Source: Catajapyx aquilonaris (Eukaryota). From it: a DNA stretch of 35,579 bases. The stretch covers positions 1 through 35,579 of the forward strand of contig JYFJ02004014.1 in NCBI GenBank assembly GCA_000934665.2. Reading direction: 5' to 3'. How positions within the stretch are numbered: the first letter of the stretch is position 1; every line of letters starts with the position of its first letter. The notes beneath the pieces are model-generated. The model did not search any database. It saw nothing but the letters and a program-made list of their open reading frames with translations, and had not been told where the DNA came from. Of the stretch, positions 11,248 through 23,327 are shown in pieces. Both the position numbers and the translations under genes were made by a program.

Positions 11248-11440
11248 AGTTTTATTGGCACTTACCTATGCAGTGTAGCGCGACTGACAGTATTTTCCGT
11301 CAATTGTCACTCTAAATAATTAAGCTCATGACTGATGACTTATTGTGACATTGCATGCGAGTCCTGTTGACAGACATGTCAAGGGAATTGGTTACGTGGA
11401 AGTTGGAAAAACAATTGAAAATATCGCGATACTCATAAAA
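11248..11440. repeat. Intergenic ~200 bp repeat, copy A
   Basis: GTGTAGCGCGACTGACAGTA...GTCACTCTAAATAAT...GATGACTTATTGTG...ACATGTCAAG is shared with 15146-15390 and 17055-17312. Confidence 0.85.
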
Positions 11441-11467
11441 ATATATGCAGGAAATATTGTACGACAA

Positions 11468-12783
11468 TTAGCACCAATCACGTCTATTGTACTTGGCATG
11501 GAACCAACGACATGTGTCACGGTATAATAAAATAAAGGCATGCCTGTAGGTCGGTATCCTGCAAAAATTTCATGAATTAATACCGGTACCTTATACTACA
11601 CATTACTTGACCATGAAAGAAGCTTACCTGTAGATGTAGAGAAACACATTGGCGGCGTAATAGTAGAACACGAAGAAAGTAAAGTAGATGTACGGTTTGG
11701 TAAGTGGGTCTTTTTTGAAGAAGAGGTACATGATGAAGAGTGGTCCACATTGGCTGGAGTAAATTCCTCCCAGAAGAGTCAGAAGGATGGCCATTCTCTT
11801 CTCTCTTTCCTTCAGGTCATGCAAGGTTTTTGCACCAATATCTCTGCAAACAATAGTATCAGTTCCATTCATCCCAGCATAGTTACATTGTTTACTCCGT
11901 ACTTGAATTGCTTCAGTTGAGACCAATTTTGACGCAGTTTGGCCCAGATGAGAAGGAGGCACACCAAGACAGTGGCCCACGTAAAGCACAGAGAAAACCC
12001 GTAGAGTACATTAGGCCTGTTTCCATTATAATTTCCATGGCCCATCATTGCACACAATCCTCTTGTTCTTCTGTATCCATATCCATACTGAAACTGTTGT
12101 ACAATTTGCCATTTTAATAGCCATCCAGACTATTTCTTTGTCATCTTACCCCCTCAAATATTGGCACCACTGCTGCGAGCATCCACACTGCCACCGCCGC
12201 AGGGACACCACTGCGCCACTTGAAGAGGATGGCGTTACATGCAGGCCACCACAGGTCCAGTGCCCTTTGCAGGAGGAATACAGTAGTTCAAATTGTGGCT
12301 TACTTATATGAGGCTGCCATACCTGCAGAGTGTGGCTGCTGCCAACGAAATGGTCGACGCCATGAAGAGATGAAGGCCCAGGAAGCCAACAATGTAGCAG
12401 TACGTGGGGCTAAGGACCCACTTTCTGTATAGAAACGTCAGTGCCATGCCAGACAATATGTTGAAACAGTAGAGGCAATCGGCCAGGCTGAGGCTGAGCA
12501 GGAGGACAGTGGTTGGGCTATTCAGAGGACTTCGAGGATCCGTGGTCTTCCATCTGGCGTAGGGCAAGGCCACCAGAGCGAGCAAGTTCCCAAATCCTCC
12601 AACCACACTCAGAAGTAGCCAGTATGTTCCTACTATCACTGTGAAGTATGTCGGATACTCGGGAAAGCAACATGGTGGCACCTCCTGTTGGGTCAGACAC
12701 ACTCGAGATGTCTCCTGGTCGTCTCTGGTGCAGAAGGAAGACAAGTTCAAGTTGATGGAGGATGTGTTGACCGGCCCTATCAT
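11468..12783 (-). CDS. Class A GPCR copy 5 (exons 12783-12323, 12264-12150, 12093-11903, 11843-11628, 11558-11468)
   Basis: Spliced frame is open with GT-AG introns. Close paralogue of copy 9. Confidence 0.9.
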
Positions 12784-13245
12784 GGCAAACGACTAGAGAG
12801 AAGGATTGTTGTGTGATTGGCACTCGTATAGGCGATGATAATATAGATCTGTGAATTATATTTGTCAAGCACTCATGAATGACATAACAAGGGGACACAC
12901 TCACCATGCACTGAGAGAGCATCACTGGAAATAGGACACGAACAGGGGCAAAGCGGACGTAATTGTCAGTCCTTGTATGGACGCAGGCTTTCATAATTAT
13001 GACACATCCAAAGGTGTTCCATTGTCTTTGATCGAAATCCTGCAATAATTAACATTGGAACATCTTGTGCCACCCTCCGTGGAATGATCCATTTGCGAGT
13101 TTAGATATTACGTTAGGGACAATTCGCACTATTGCCACGTTTTGCGTAAGAAATCGTGGCACTTTCCGGAATCCTTGCCACGTGCTGTCACACAGTGGCA
13201 ACAACGCGTGGGAACATGCTTCGGGGAAGAGCAACGGTCGAGTGA

Positions 13246-13316
13246 GCGCCGCTGGTGTAGGGGTATCATGCAAGATTCCCATTCTTGCGACCCGGGTTCG
13301 ATTCCCGGGCGGCGCA
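13246..13316 (+). tRNA. tRNA-Gly (anticodon CCC)
   Basis: Identical to 7087-7157, with shared flanks and a TTTTT terminator. Confidence 0.92.
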
Positions 13317-13460
13317 TCCGTTTTTATTTTCACTTTGTCTTTATTTCGCGGGATTGAACAGAACTGAGACCATGAAACGACACCGTTTCTGTCTTGTGTT
13401 ATACAGTACTATATTATTGTAAAATATTACAATATGTACTATGACACATGTTTACACTTC

Positions 13461-14838
13461 TTACACACAACGTCTCAATCCTGGCTTCAAACACTGAGAC
13501 ACTCCCGTGTTACCCCCAACATCACGGCCACTTTTGCATATCTTCTTGTGCAGCCACTTACGTGTGTCTCTGTAGAGTAACACGAATGCATCCTGGTAGC
13601 TTGGTATCCTGCAATAATTACAGGTACAATCTATGAAAATATACATATAGGTTCAGAATTTTTGTACGAATGTTAACTACCGGTAAATATAAAGAAACAC
13701 GTTGATGACATAGTAATAGAGAGGGAAGAAGGTGTAATAGATGTAAGGCCTGGTCCAGGGTCCTCCTTTGCAGAAGACGTACATGATGACCAGTGGTCCT
13801 GCTGTGCCGGTGTAAACCAATCCAAGGAGAGTGAGAATTATGGCCATTCTCTTCTCTCTTTCCTTCAGATCCTCCAGGATGTTTGCACCCACATCTCTAC
13901 AGAGATTAGGACCATGAGTGTCACTTCCCACCACGTCATTGCATGGTATCATGTACCTGAATTGCTTCAGACGAGACCAATTTTGATGCATCTTGATCCA
14001 GATCAGCAGGAGGCACACCAAGACAATGACCCAGGGAAGACACACATCTATTCCATATAGGATGCCATCTTCAGGATGATGCCCGTCCATGAGCATGGTG
14101 CAGAATCCATTTGTTCTACTGTATCCGTATCGGTGCTGGAACTGTTTGTAATTGAGAAATATTCTTGGGTCTAAAACTCTAAATCTTTGACCCCTGATTT
14201 AGTAAAGCCCTGGACAACTCACTGCCACAACTGCTGGCACCACTGCTGCCAACACCCATATTCCTACGACAGCAGGGATGCCACTGTACGACTCGAAGAA
14301 GAAATCGTGTCCAGGAGGCCACCATAAGCCAAGTACCCTGCAGGAATAAATTGATTATATTTATATGACACTTAGGTAGTAGTACGCACCTGCTGAATGT
14401 AGCTGCTGCCAGAAAACTAGTTGACACCAACGCCAGGTAGAAGACTAGGAATCCGAAAATGTAGCAGTATCTGGTGCCCAAGACCCACTTCCTCTGTAGA
14501 AAGGTCACTGCCAAGCCTGATAAGGCCATGAAGCAGAAGAGACAGTCCGCCAAACTAAGACTCAGAAGAAGGACAGTGGTTGGGCTCTTCAGAGGACTTT
14601 GAGGGTCCGTGGTCCTCCACCTGGCGTAGGGAATGGCCACCAGTACCATCAGGTTGCCAAATCCTCCAACCACACTCAGAAGAAGCCAGTATATTCCTGC
14701 TATCACTGTGAAGTAGTAAGGATGGTCCTGGAAGCAACATGATGGCACCTCCTGTTGGGTCAAGCAGACTAGTGATGTCTCATGGTCGTCTCTCGAGCAG
14801 AAGGAAGACAAGTTCAGGTTGACTGGAGAAGAGTTCAT
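13461..14838 (-). CDS. Class A GPCR copy 6 (exons 14838-14390, 14337-14223, 14141-13957, 13896-13681, 13608-13461)
   Basis: Spliced frame is open with GT-AG introns. Close paralogue of copy 3. Confidence 0.9.
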
Positions 14839-15145
14839 TCTGCTTCTGTTGCACCCATCAGACTACATCACCCTGAAACATCCAGGATATACTGTTTAGT
14901 GGAGTCATCCGTTATTGGCCAATGAATGTTTGCCTATCATCTAGTATGCATCCTTGTCTGTTGTCAGAAACGATATAAGTTAACATCCTTAAAGCATTGT
15001 TTCACTGACGTGACCTGGGACTATTGCCACGGGAGACTTACGTAAAACCTATTATGGTACCATGCATTCTTCATATTCTAACGAATAACTAAAATCATGT
15101 TTGTCGTCGTCGATAGTGAGAGATGGGACCATAGCATGACAACAA

Positions 15146-15390
15146 CGCATGGCTGATCCACATTTAGGAAAGGCAATTAAAAAACTAAAAGTTTTATAGG
15201 CACTTCCCTGTGCAGTGTAGCGCGACTGACAGTATTTTCCGTCAATAATTGTCACTCTAAATAATTAAGCTGATGACTGATGACTTATTGTGACATTGCA
15301 TGCGAGTCATGTTAACAGACATGTCAAGTGAATGTTTACGTGATGGACGGTGGAAAAACAATGGAAAAGGTCGCGACACGCATTAAAATG
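15146..15390. repeat. Intergenic ~200 bp repeat, copy B
   Basis: Aligns by eye with 11248-11440 and 17055-17312. Confidence 0.85.
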
Positions 15391-15642
15391 TATATTATGC
15401 AATAACACTTATAGCACGAATCACGTTTAATGAACTTGACATGGAACCAGTTACACTCACCATGCACTGCTAGAGCATCACTGAAAACAGGCCACAAATA
15501 GGAGTAAAGCTGACGTAATAATTGTCAGTCCTCTCCTGACGCAGGCGAAAGGGGACTCCGAGCGGTGATCAAACCCAGGACCTTCTGCTCAGCAAGCCTA
15601 GTCGTTACCAACGCGGCCACCACGCCACGCCTACCCGCAACA

Positions 15643-17010
15643 TTAATTTATGAAAACCTTGTGCATCCAGGTCCGTGCGTCTTTGAAGAACAAAACAATG
15701 GCGTCCTTGTAGCTCTGGACCCTGACATTATTGAGGTAGAGATAATGATAAAACTGGTAAATATGTTACACACAACTTACCTGTAGATGTAAATGAACAC
15801 GTTTATGACATAGTAGTAGAGCGTGATGAAAGTGTAATATATGTACGGAGGACCCCATGGTCCTTCACGGGTAAATACACTGATGAGGAAAACCGGAAGT
15901 GTAGTGCTGGTGTATGAAGCTCCCAACAAGGTGAGGAGAATGGCCATCCTCTTCTCTTTTTTCTTCATCTCCTGAAGGGTATTATCCCCCACGTCTCTGC
16001 AATTAGAGGGATATTTATTTAAAGTTCGTGGTTTTGTCAACGTGTAGTCACATACGTACGTACTTGAAACGTTTAAATTGTGACCAGTTTTGACGTAGTT
16101 TGATCCAGATGAGCAGGAGGCAGATCTGAACTGTGATCCATGGAAGTGCTATAGCAATACCGAATGCTGCTTGTTGGTCAACGTCACTCAGTATACCGCA
16201 GAAACCCTGCTTCCTGCTATATCCCATTTCGGATTGAATCTATATGTACCCATATAAATAAATATGTTATTAGTCATTTGATCATGCGTAAGGCAACGTT
16301 ACTCACACTGGCCAATATGGGAACCACAGCAGACACGACCCAGACCACAACCACTGCAGGTATGCTCCGATATGGCTCGAACGTGACAGAAGCTGCTGCA
16401 GGCCACCACAGTGCCAATGTCCTGTGGACATGAAGAGTGATGCTACCACAATGTTCAGGGGTTTTTAATTAAGAAGTCATACTGGCACCACTTGCGTGTC
16501 AAAATGTCTGTCTTCATGAACCTCACTAGATTACTGCCCTTACCTGCTAAGTGTAGCTGCTGCTAATGAATATGGCGAGACCACTCCCAGGTAATAGATG
16601 ATGAAAGCGAATATGTAGCAGAACCTGGATCCAAATATCCACTTATGGTATAAGTACGTCAAAGCTGCGGCTGGAAAGAGCATGAAGCAGAAGATGCAGT
16701 CCGCCAGGCTCAGGCTTAGGAGCAAGACCGTTGTGCAGCTCTTCAGAGGACTTCGAGGATCAGTGGTCTTCCACCTGGCGTAGGGAATGACCACTAGCAC
16801 CAGCAAGTTGCCAAATCCTCCGACCACACTCAGGAGGAACCAGTATGTTACTGCGATGATGTTGAAGTAGTATGGGCGATCTGGGTAGCAGCATGAGGGA
16901 GGATCCTCTTTGGTCAAGCAGACAAGAGATGTCTCCTGGTCGTCTCTTGTGCAAAAGGACGACATGTTGAACTCGGCTGTGTAAGTGTTGTGCTGCTCTG
17001 AACCAGCCAT
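15643..17010 (-). CDS. Class A GPCR copy 7 (exons 17010-16544, 16421-16307, 16239-16064, 15996-15781, 15721-15643)
   Basis: Spliced frame is open with GT-AG introns. The MAGSEQ start was chosen by homology to copy 4. Confidence 0.9.
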
Positions 17011-17054
17011 TTCAATGGACTGGAGTGAGTCGCAATTTATTGTCGTCTGAATAC

Positions 17055-17312
17055 GCATGGCTGATTCAGAAAATTAAAGGAAGGCAATTTAAAAAAATGA
17101 AGTTTTATTGGCACTTCCCTGTGTAGTGTAGCGCGACTGACAGTAAACTTTTTCCTTGACTTTTTCGTGACTATATTTGTCACTCTAAATAATAGTTAAG
17201 CTCACGCGATGACTTATTGTGTCATTGTATGCGAGTCCTGTTGACACACATGTCAAGGGAATGTTTACAGGTAAGTTGAAAAAACAATGGAAAAGGTCGC
17301 GATACGCATTTA
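17055..17312. repeat. Intergenic ~200 bp repeat, copy C
   Basis: Aligns with copies A and B and begins about 45 bp upstream of the copy 7 ATG. Confidence 0.85.
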
Positions 17313-17540
17313 AAATAGCAACAAGTGAATCGACTGAAAATTTTCCTAATTAGTCATCTAGAACTGTCATCGTAGGTTTAAAAAACACGCTAAATTATAA
17401 TTAGCATCAGTTTTTATTTACAGTAATATGCATATAATAATAATTTATAGGCGGTCCCGGTCCTCGGTCCCCCGCGTCTCACTCGCCGCGACTGATATGT
17501 GTAATAATTTGTAATTGATTGATTCGACTTGATTCATAAA

Positions 17541-17670
17541 TCTATATAAATGAAGCCGTTTGTGATCCGTCTGTCTGTCTGTCTGTCTGCCCGCCTGTAA
17601 CGCCAACCGTCATTTGCCTGCCATCTGTGGTCAGCCTCCAACACCTCCAACCTCTCCCGTCCCGATCCGG
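17541..17670 (+). mobile_element. Helitron/DINE-like 5' fragment
   Basis: A^TCTATATAAAT start followed by a (GTCT)n microsatellite. An inverted homologue lies at 133-299. Confidence 0.5.
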
Positions 17671-17780
17671 CCTTCCTAAAAGTGTCACGGCGGCTCTCTG
17701 TGCGTCGACCAGGCAAAAATTTTCAAAATTCAGGGGAGTAAAATGAGTCAGTTTGGTTGTAAGTGAGTACTTAGCGTACA

Positions 17781-19137
17781 TCATAGGATTGGTTGGTTGC
17801 TTTTACTTAGCTGCGTGTGAACCCAAGCACACGTGTCTTTATAGAGTAGAATAAATGCATGGCGGTAACTGGGGATCCTGAAACAATGAGGACAGTGATC
17901 TGTAATGAATAGTATCACGACTGATCCTGAAGGAAGCTTAATAATTATAGCCTTATTACCTGTAGACGTAAATGAACACGTTGATGACGAAGTAGTACAG
18001 CAAGACTATAGTGTAATATAATAAGGTTTGGTCCAGGGTCCTCCTTTGAAGAACAAGTAGATGATAACTAACGGAGCGTATGTGCTGGAGTAAACCGCTC
18101 CCAAAATAGTCAAAAGTATGGCAGTTCGCTTCTCTCTTTCCTTCAGGTCATTCAGGGTGAACTTGCCAAAACTGCAGACATGGCATTGGTATCCTCAGTC
18201 AATTCAAACTCTAGATGGATAGTGTACCTGCATTGCTTGAGGCGAGAAGAGTTCTGTCTCATCTTGATCCAGATGAGCAAGAGACCGATCACGACCGTCA
18301 CCCAGGGAAGAAACCCGGATAATCCTATAATAATGTTATCTCCCTTGTTGATCATCATTGAGCAGAATCCTTTTGATCGGATATACCCAACTCCGTACTC
18401 AAACTGTATTTGAATGAAGGTAACATCAAAGAGACTGTAACATGAGTTTTGTGATTATGATATTCATCAGGTAAGTAGCTTAATACTTACCTCCACAAAG
18501 GTTGGCACCACCAATGCCCACGTCCACACTGCCACCACTGCAGGAATACCACTGAGAGACTCGAAGAGGACTTGGTTACATGCAGGCCACCATAGACCCA
18601 GCATCCTTTGTGAGAAGTAACGCAGCCATTAAAACCACTCTCTATGTACTGGTGGGTGCCACTGCAATACCTGTTTGACGTAGCTGCTGCCAGAGAACTG
18701 GTCGATGCCAATGCAAGGTAAATTATGCTGAAGCCGAAGAAATGGCAGTACCTGGTGCCCAATACCCATTTTCTCTGATGGAAGAACGTCACTGATAAGC
18801 CAGATAATATGATGAAGCAGTAAAGACAGTCAGCAAGGCTGAGGCTCAGCAGAAGCAAGGTGGTTGGGCTCTTCAGAGGACTCTGAGGGTCCTTGGTCCT
18901 CCACCTGGCGTATGGAATTGCCACCAGAGCCATCAGGTTCCCAAATCCTCCGACCACACTCAAGAGGAGACAATACGTCCCTGCGATCATGGTGAAGTAG
19001 TAAGGATGATCCGGGTAGCAGCATGATGGCACCTCCTGGTGAGTCAAACACACTCGAGATGTCTCCTGGTCGTCTCTTGTGCAGAAGGAAGACAAGTTCA
19101 TGCTGAGTGAGGTCTTGTCCTGCACTGACCCTGTCAT
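17781..19137 (-). pseudogene. GPCR copy 8, frameshifted (exons 19137-18671, 18605-18491, 18403-18228, 18171-17960, 17877-17781)
   Basis: Exon 4 is 212 nt, not a multiple of 3. A 1-bp deletion near 18020 gives a TAG at 18006-18008 at the start of TM7. The rest is intact. Confidence 0.8.
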
Positions 19138-19885
19138 CGCAAGGACTGGATAGAAAGGATTTGGGTACCGTCGTGGGCTGTTTGTTCAGAAACGTTTTGG
19201 TGATGACTTGTTGTGACATTTTCAGCGAATCCTGTTTCCTTATTGTTTATACGAACTGGTAGATATTAGACAAAGCAGAGGAATAAACACTCGGGGACTT
19301 ACCTGGATATTATTAGCTGCGACTTTATATGCGGACGCTGTGTCATTGAGATGATGGCAGAAAACAATCGAGAAGGTCACGATATGCAAAAAATGACAAT
19401 AAATATACACTACACTTATCATGAATGTTACGTGAATAAGTACGCGTAAGTGAGGTGTGTAAATAGTAATATCAAGTAATATTTTACATAGCTTGCCACT
19501 GGTATAACTTCACGTCTGAATGATGGAATAACTGATTGGTCCTACGAAATCTGAAAAATAAAATCCTGTGGATGTGATGACCCCCCACTGTAACGGGCAT
19601 GACATTGGATGACACCATGTAGCGGTGGTGACACTGTTACGATTCGAATATTACTGCACACTTTGAGCCATCCCAGAGACAGTGCCGTGGAGAATTGGGG
19701 GTCATTTGGCACGGACTTCTATGAAGCGTAAATGACAAGTGCTTGTCAGTTACAAACAAAACGTTAATCCATTGTCACTTGCACAAGGTGTAATTAACTG
19801 ACAAGTGAGTGAACTTTCATTTGGTTTATTCATGAGACGAGTAATTATGATATAAAGCCTTTCGCCATTCCTCTATGGCTCTATG

Positions 19886-21212
19886 CTATTCTCCAGAATG
19901 TTGGCCACATTTACTGAACTTGGCATGAAACCAGTGACATGTGTCATTGTACAGTAAAATAAAGGCATGCCTGTAGGTCGGTATCCTGCAATAATTCAAT
20001 GAGTTAAGTACATTTATCTACACATTACTTGACCATGAAAGAAGCTTAACTGGTTACCTGTAGATGTAGAGAAACACATTGGCGATATAATAGTAGAACA
20101 TGAAGAAAGTAAAGTAAATGTACGGTTTAGTCAATGGATCTCTTTTGAAGAAGAGGTAAATGGTGAAGAGTGGTCCGCATTGGCAGGAGTAAAGTCCTCC
20201 AAGAAGAGTCAAAAGGATGGCCATTCTCTTCTCTCTTTCCTTCAAGTCATGCAAGGTTTTGGCACCAATATCTCTGCAAAAAATAAGATCAGTCCCATGC
20301 ATCTTATCATAGTTACAGTGTTTAAACTCCGTACTTAAATTGCTTCAGTTGAGACCAATTTTGATGCAGTTTGGCCCAGATGAGAAGAAGGCAGACCAGG
20401 ACAGTAGCCCACGTAAAGCACAGAGAAACCCCGAAGAGTATATTAGGCCTGTTTCCGTTATATTTTCCTTGGCCCATCACTGCACACAATCCTCTTGTTC
20501 TTCTGTATCCATATCCATACTGAAACTGTTGTACAATTTGCCATTTTAATAGCCATCCAGACTATTTCTTTGTCATCTTACCCCCGCAAATATTGGCACC
20601 ACTGCTGCGAGCATCCACACTGCCACCGTCGCAGGGACACCACTGCGCCACTTGAAGAGGATGGCGTTACATGCAGGCCACCACAGATCCAGTGCCCTTT
20701 GCAGGAGGAATACAGTAGTTCAAATTGTGGCTTACTTATATGAGGCTGCCATACCTGCAGAGTGTGGCTGCTGCCAACGAAATGGTCGACGCCATGAATA
20801 GATGAAGGCTCATGAAGCCAACAATGTCACAGTACGTGGGGCTTAGGACCCACTTTCGGTATAGGAAAGTCAGTGCCATGCCAGACAGTATATTGACGCA
20901 GTAGAGGCCATCGGCCAGACTCAGGCTGAGCAGGAGGACAGTGGTGCAGCTCTTCAGAGGACTTCGAGGATCCATGGTCTTCCACCTGGCGTATGGAATG
21001 GCCACTAGAGCTAGCAAGTTGCTCAATCCTCCGACCACACTCAGGAGGAGCCAGTATGTCCCTGCTATCACTGTGAAGTATTCAGGATAGTCCGGGAAGC
21101 AGCAGGAAGGAGTATTCTCTTGGGTCAGACACACCAGAGATGTCTCGTGGTCGTCTCCTGTGCAGATGGACGTGTTCATGCTGACTGGAGAGGTGTTGAT
21201 CCGTCCCACCAT
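19886..21212 (-). CDS. Class A GPCR copy 9 (exons 21212-20755, 20696-20582, 20525-20335, 20273-20058, 19985-19886)
   Basis: Spliced frame is open with GT-AG introns. Start chosen by homology (MVGRINTS). Confidence 0.88.
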
Positions 21213-21522
21213 GACAAGCGACTGGAGAGAGTGTTGTGCAATTGGCACTCCGAGATTATTCGTAGATGCTGACAATAGAGGGGGGGGGGATGTGCCAGGC
21301 CTTGATTGAATCATTAGCCATATTATTGGGTGAGTTATGAATCAGGACAATAATCCGGATGTTTGCTTGAAGTTTCTCGATGCGTATGTCTTGGGTATGT
21401 GCCCTCGTTACCTTTAAGATGGCCCCGTAATGCTCGCAGGAAACATGTTTAAAAGAATCAAGCAATTTGAACATTCACTTTTAATATTGTGAGGGATGTT
21501 TCACAATTTGATAGAAATTCTT

Positions 21523-23327
21523 TCAGGTATCTTGTATCGTAATTTTTGAGAGTCGAATAGAGGCCTTCCTGAACACGATGCATATCCATGCCCTTGCGTC
21601 TTTGTAGAACAAAACAAACGCATTCTTGTAGCTCTTCACCTTGAAGAGAAGGATTCACAAAAATTACATGATCTCTCTGGCATAACTCTGGCATAACTCT
21701 GGCAAAGAAATACCCTCTAATGTTGTGGAGCTTGAGTGTTGAAACAGCCTGTCTTACCTGTATATGTAAAGAAACACGTTTATTGCAAAGTAGTAAAGGG
21801 TGATGAACGTGTAGTAAATGTGAGGACTCCACGGTCGTCCATCGGAGAACACGTAGGCAAAGAAGAACGGAAGTGACGTGGTGAAATAAGCAGCTACCAA
21901 TAGAGTCAGCAGTGTGGCCATCCTTTTCTCTCTCTTCTTTAATTTGTTCCGAGTAATCCGATCAATTTCTCTGAAAACGGCCATGGTTACTCCAACCACA
22001 TTGTTTGATGTCATGCTATTCTCATATACTTGAAGGATGCCATTTGTGACCAATTTTGTCGAAGTTTGATCCAAATGAGAAGGAGGCATATTTGGACTGT
22101 GAGCCATGGAAGTGCAATGGCCACACCAAACAATCCCTTCTTCTTGAGGGTCAACGGTAGTCATCAAACCGCAGATTCCTTGCATTCTGCTATACCCCAA
22201 TTGATGATGTACCTGCGGGTTAAGCCATTAGTTGAATAAATTCCTCTGACTTGACATGATACTCACACTTGCCAATATGGGCCCCGCACAAGATATGACC
22301 CACACCACAATGACAACAGGGATTCCTCCCCATGGCTCGAAAGTGACAGAAGCTCCTGCAGGCCACCATAGTAACAATGCCCTGATGATGTGAAAATACA
22401 CAAACTAATTCACTGAATCAATGTAAAACACCTTAAGACTCTCCACTCAAAAAGCAAGTTTGGCTCTAAAATTGGGCAAAAAACGGCAAAAAATCCCGAA
22501 TCCGAAGGTGCAATTTGTTTTTCGCTACGCGGAACGGTAATCCCAGGGCGAGGTGTCAAAGTGTGTCGTCTGCTAATGAGCGGCGCCGCCACGCGGGGAA
22601 CAGGGGAACTGGAGGGCTGCACCGCTCTGGGATGGGCCTAAGCGCGCGGGCAGGCGGGAGCAGCCCTCCAGTTCCCAAGGTCCCGAGGGCGTCGCTGGCG
22701 GACGGCCAGCTTCTTGCGCACTATTTGAATTTCCCCACTTTGACCCCTCGCCCTGGGATTACCGTTCCGCGTAGCGAAAAACGGATGGCACCGTCGAATT
22801 CAGGATTTTTTGACCGATTTTTAGAGCCAAACTTGTTGTTTTTTGAGTGGAGTGTCCCTTTCAGTAGTGCTCTACCTGCTTAACGTGGCTGCTGCTAACG
22901 AAATGTACGATGCTATCCCCACGGTGTGCACGACGAACGAAAATATGTAACAGTACCTGATCCCTAGAATCCATTTGTGGTATAACATAGATATCGCCAA
23001 GCCCGGCAAGTTGACAAAGCAGAAGATGCAATCAGCTAGGCTGAGGCTGAGCAGGAGTAAGGTTGTTGGAGTCTTCAGAGGACTTTGAGGGTCTGTGGTC
23101 CTACACCTGGCGTAGGGCAATGCGACCAGAGCCATCAGGTTGCCAAATCCTCCAACCACACTCAGGAGGAACCAGTAAGTTGCTGCGATAATAGTGAAGT
23201 AGTAAGGATGGTCCGGGTAACAGCACTATGGGGCATCTTCTCTTGTCAGACACACTATAGATGTCTCCTGGTCGTCTCTTGTGCAGAAGGAAGACACGTT
23301 ATAGTTGATAACGGATGTGATGTTCAT
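21523..23327 (-). pseudogene. GPCR copy 10 pseudogene (exons 23327-22876, 22381-22267, 22212-22030, 21970-21758, ~21640-21523)
   Basis: TAG at 23226-23228 (AP*CC), a frameshift in exon 3 near 22130, the homologous exon 5 acceptor reads AA instead of AG, and a MITE sits in intron 1. Confidence 0.88.
22437..22859. mobile_element. MITE with ~125 bp imperfect terminal inverted repeats (Kolobok-like ends)
   Basis: CTCCACTCAAAAA...TTTTCGCTACGCGGAACGGTAATCCCAGGGCGAGG...TCAAAGTG on the left is mirrored on the right. Left flank TTAA, right end GTGTCCCT-TTCA, GC-rich core. Absent from intron 1 of the paralogues. Confidence 0.85.

Noticed and set aside
22410..22883. ORFs on both strands sharing TLTPRPGITVPRSEK
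   Set aside because: An artefact of the MITE's inverted repeats.
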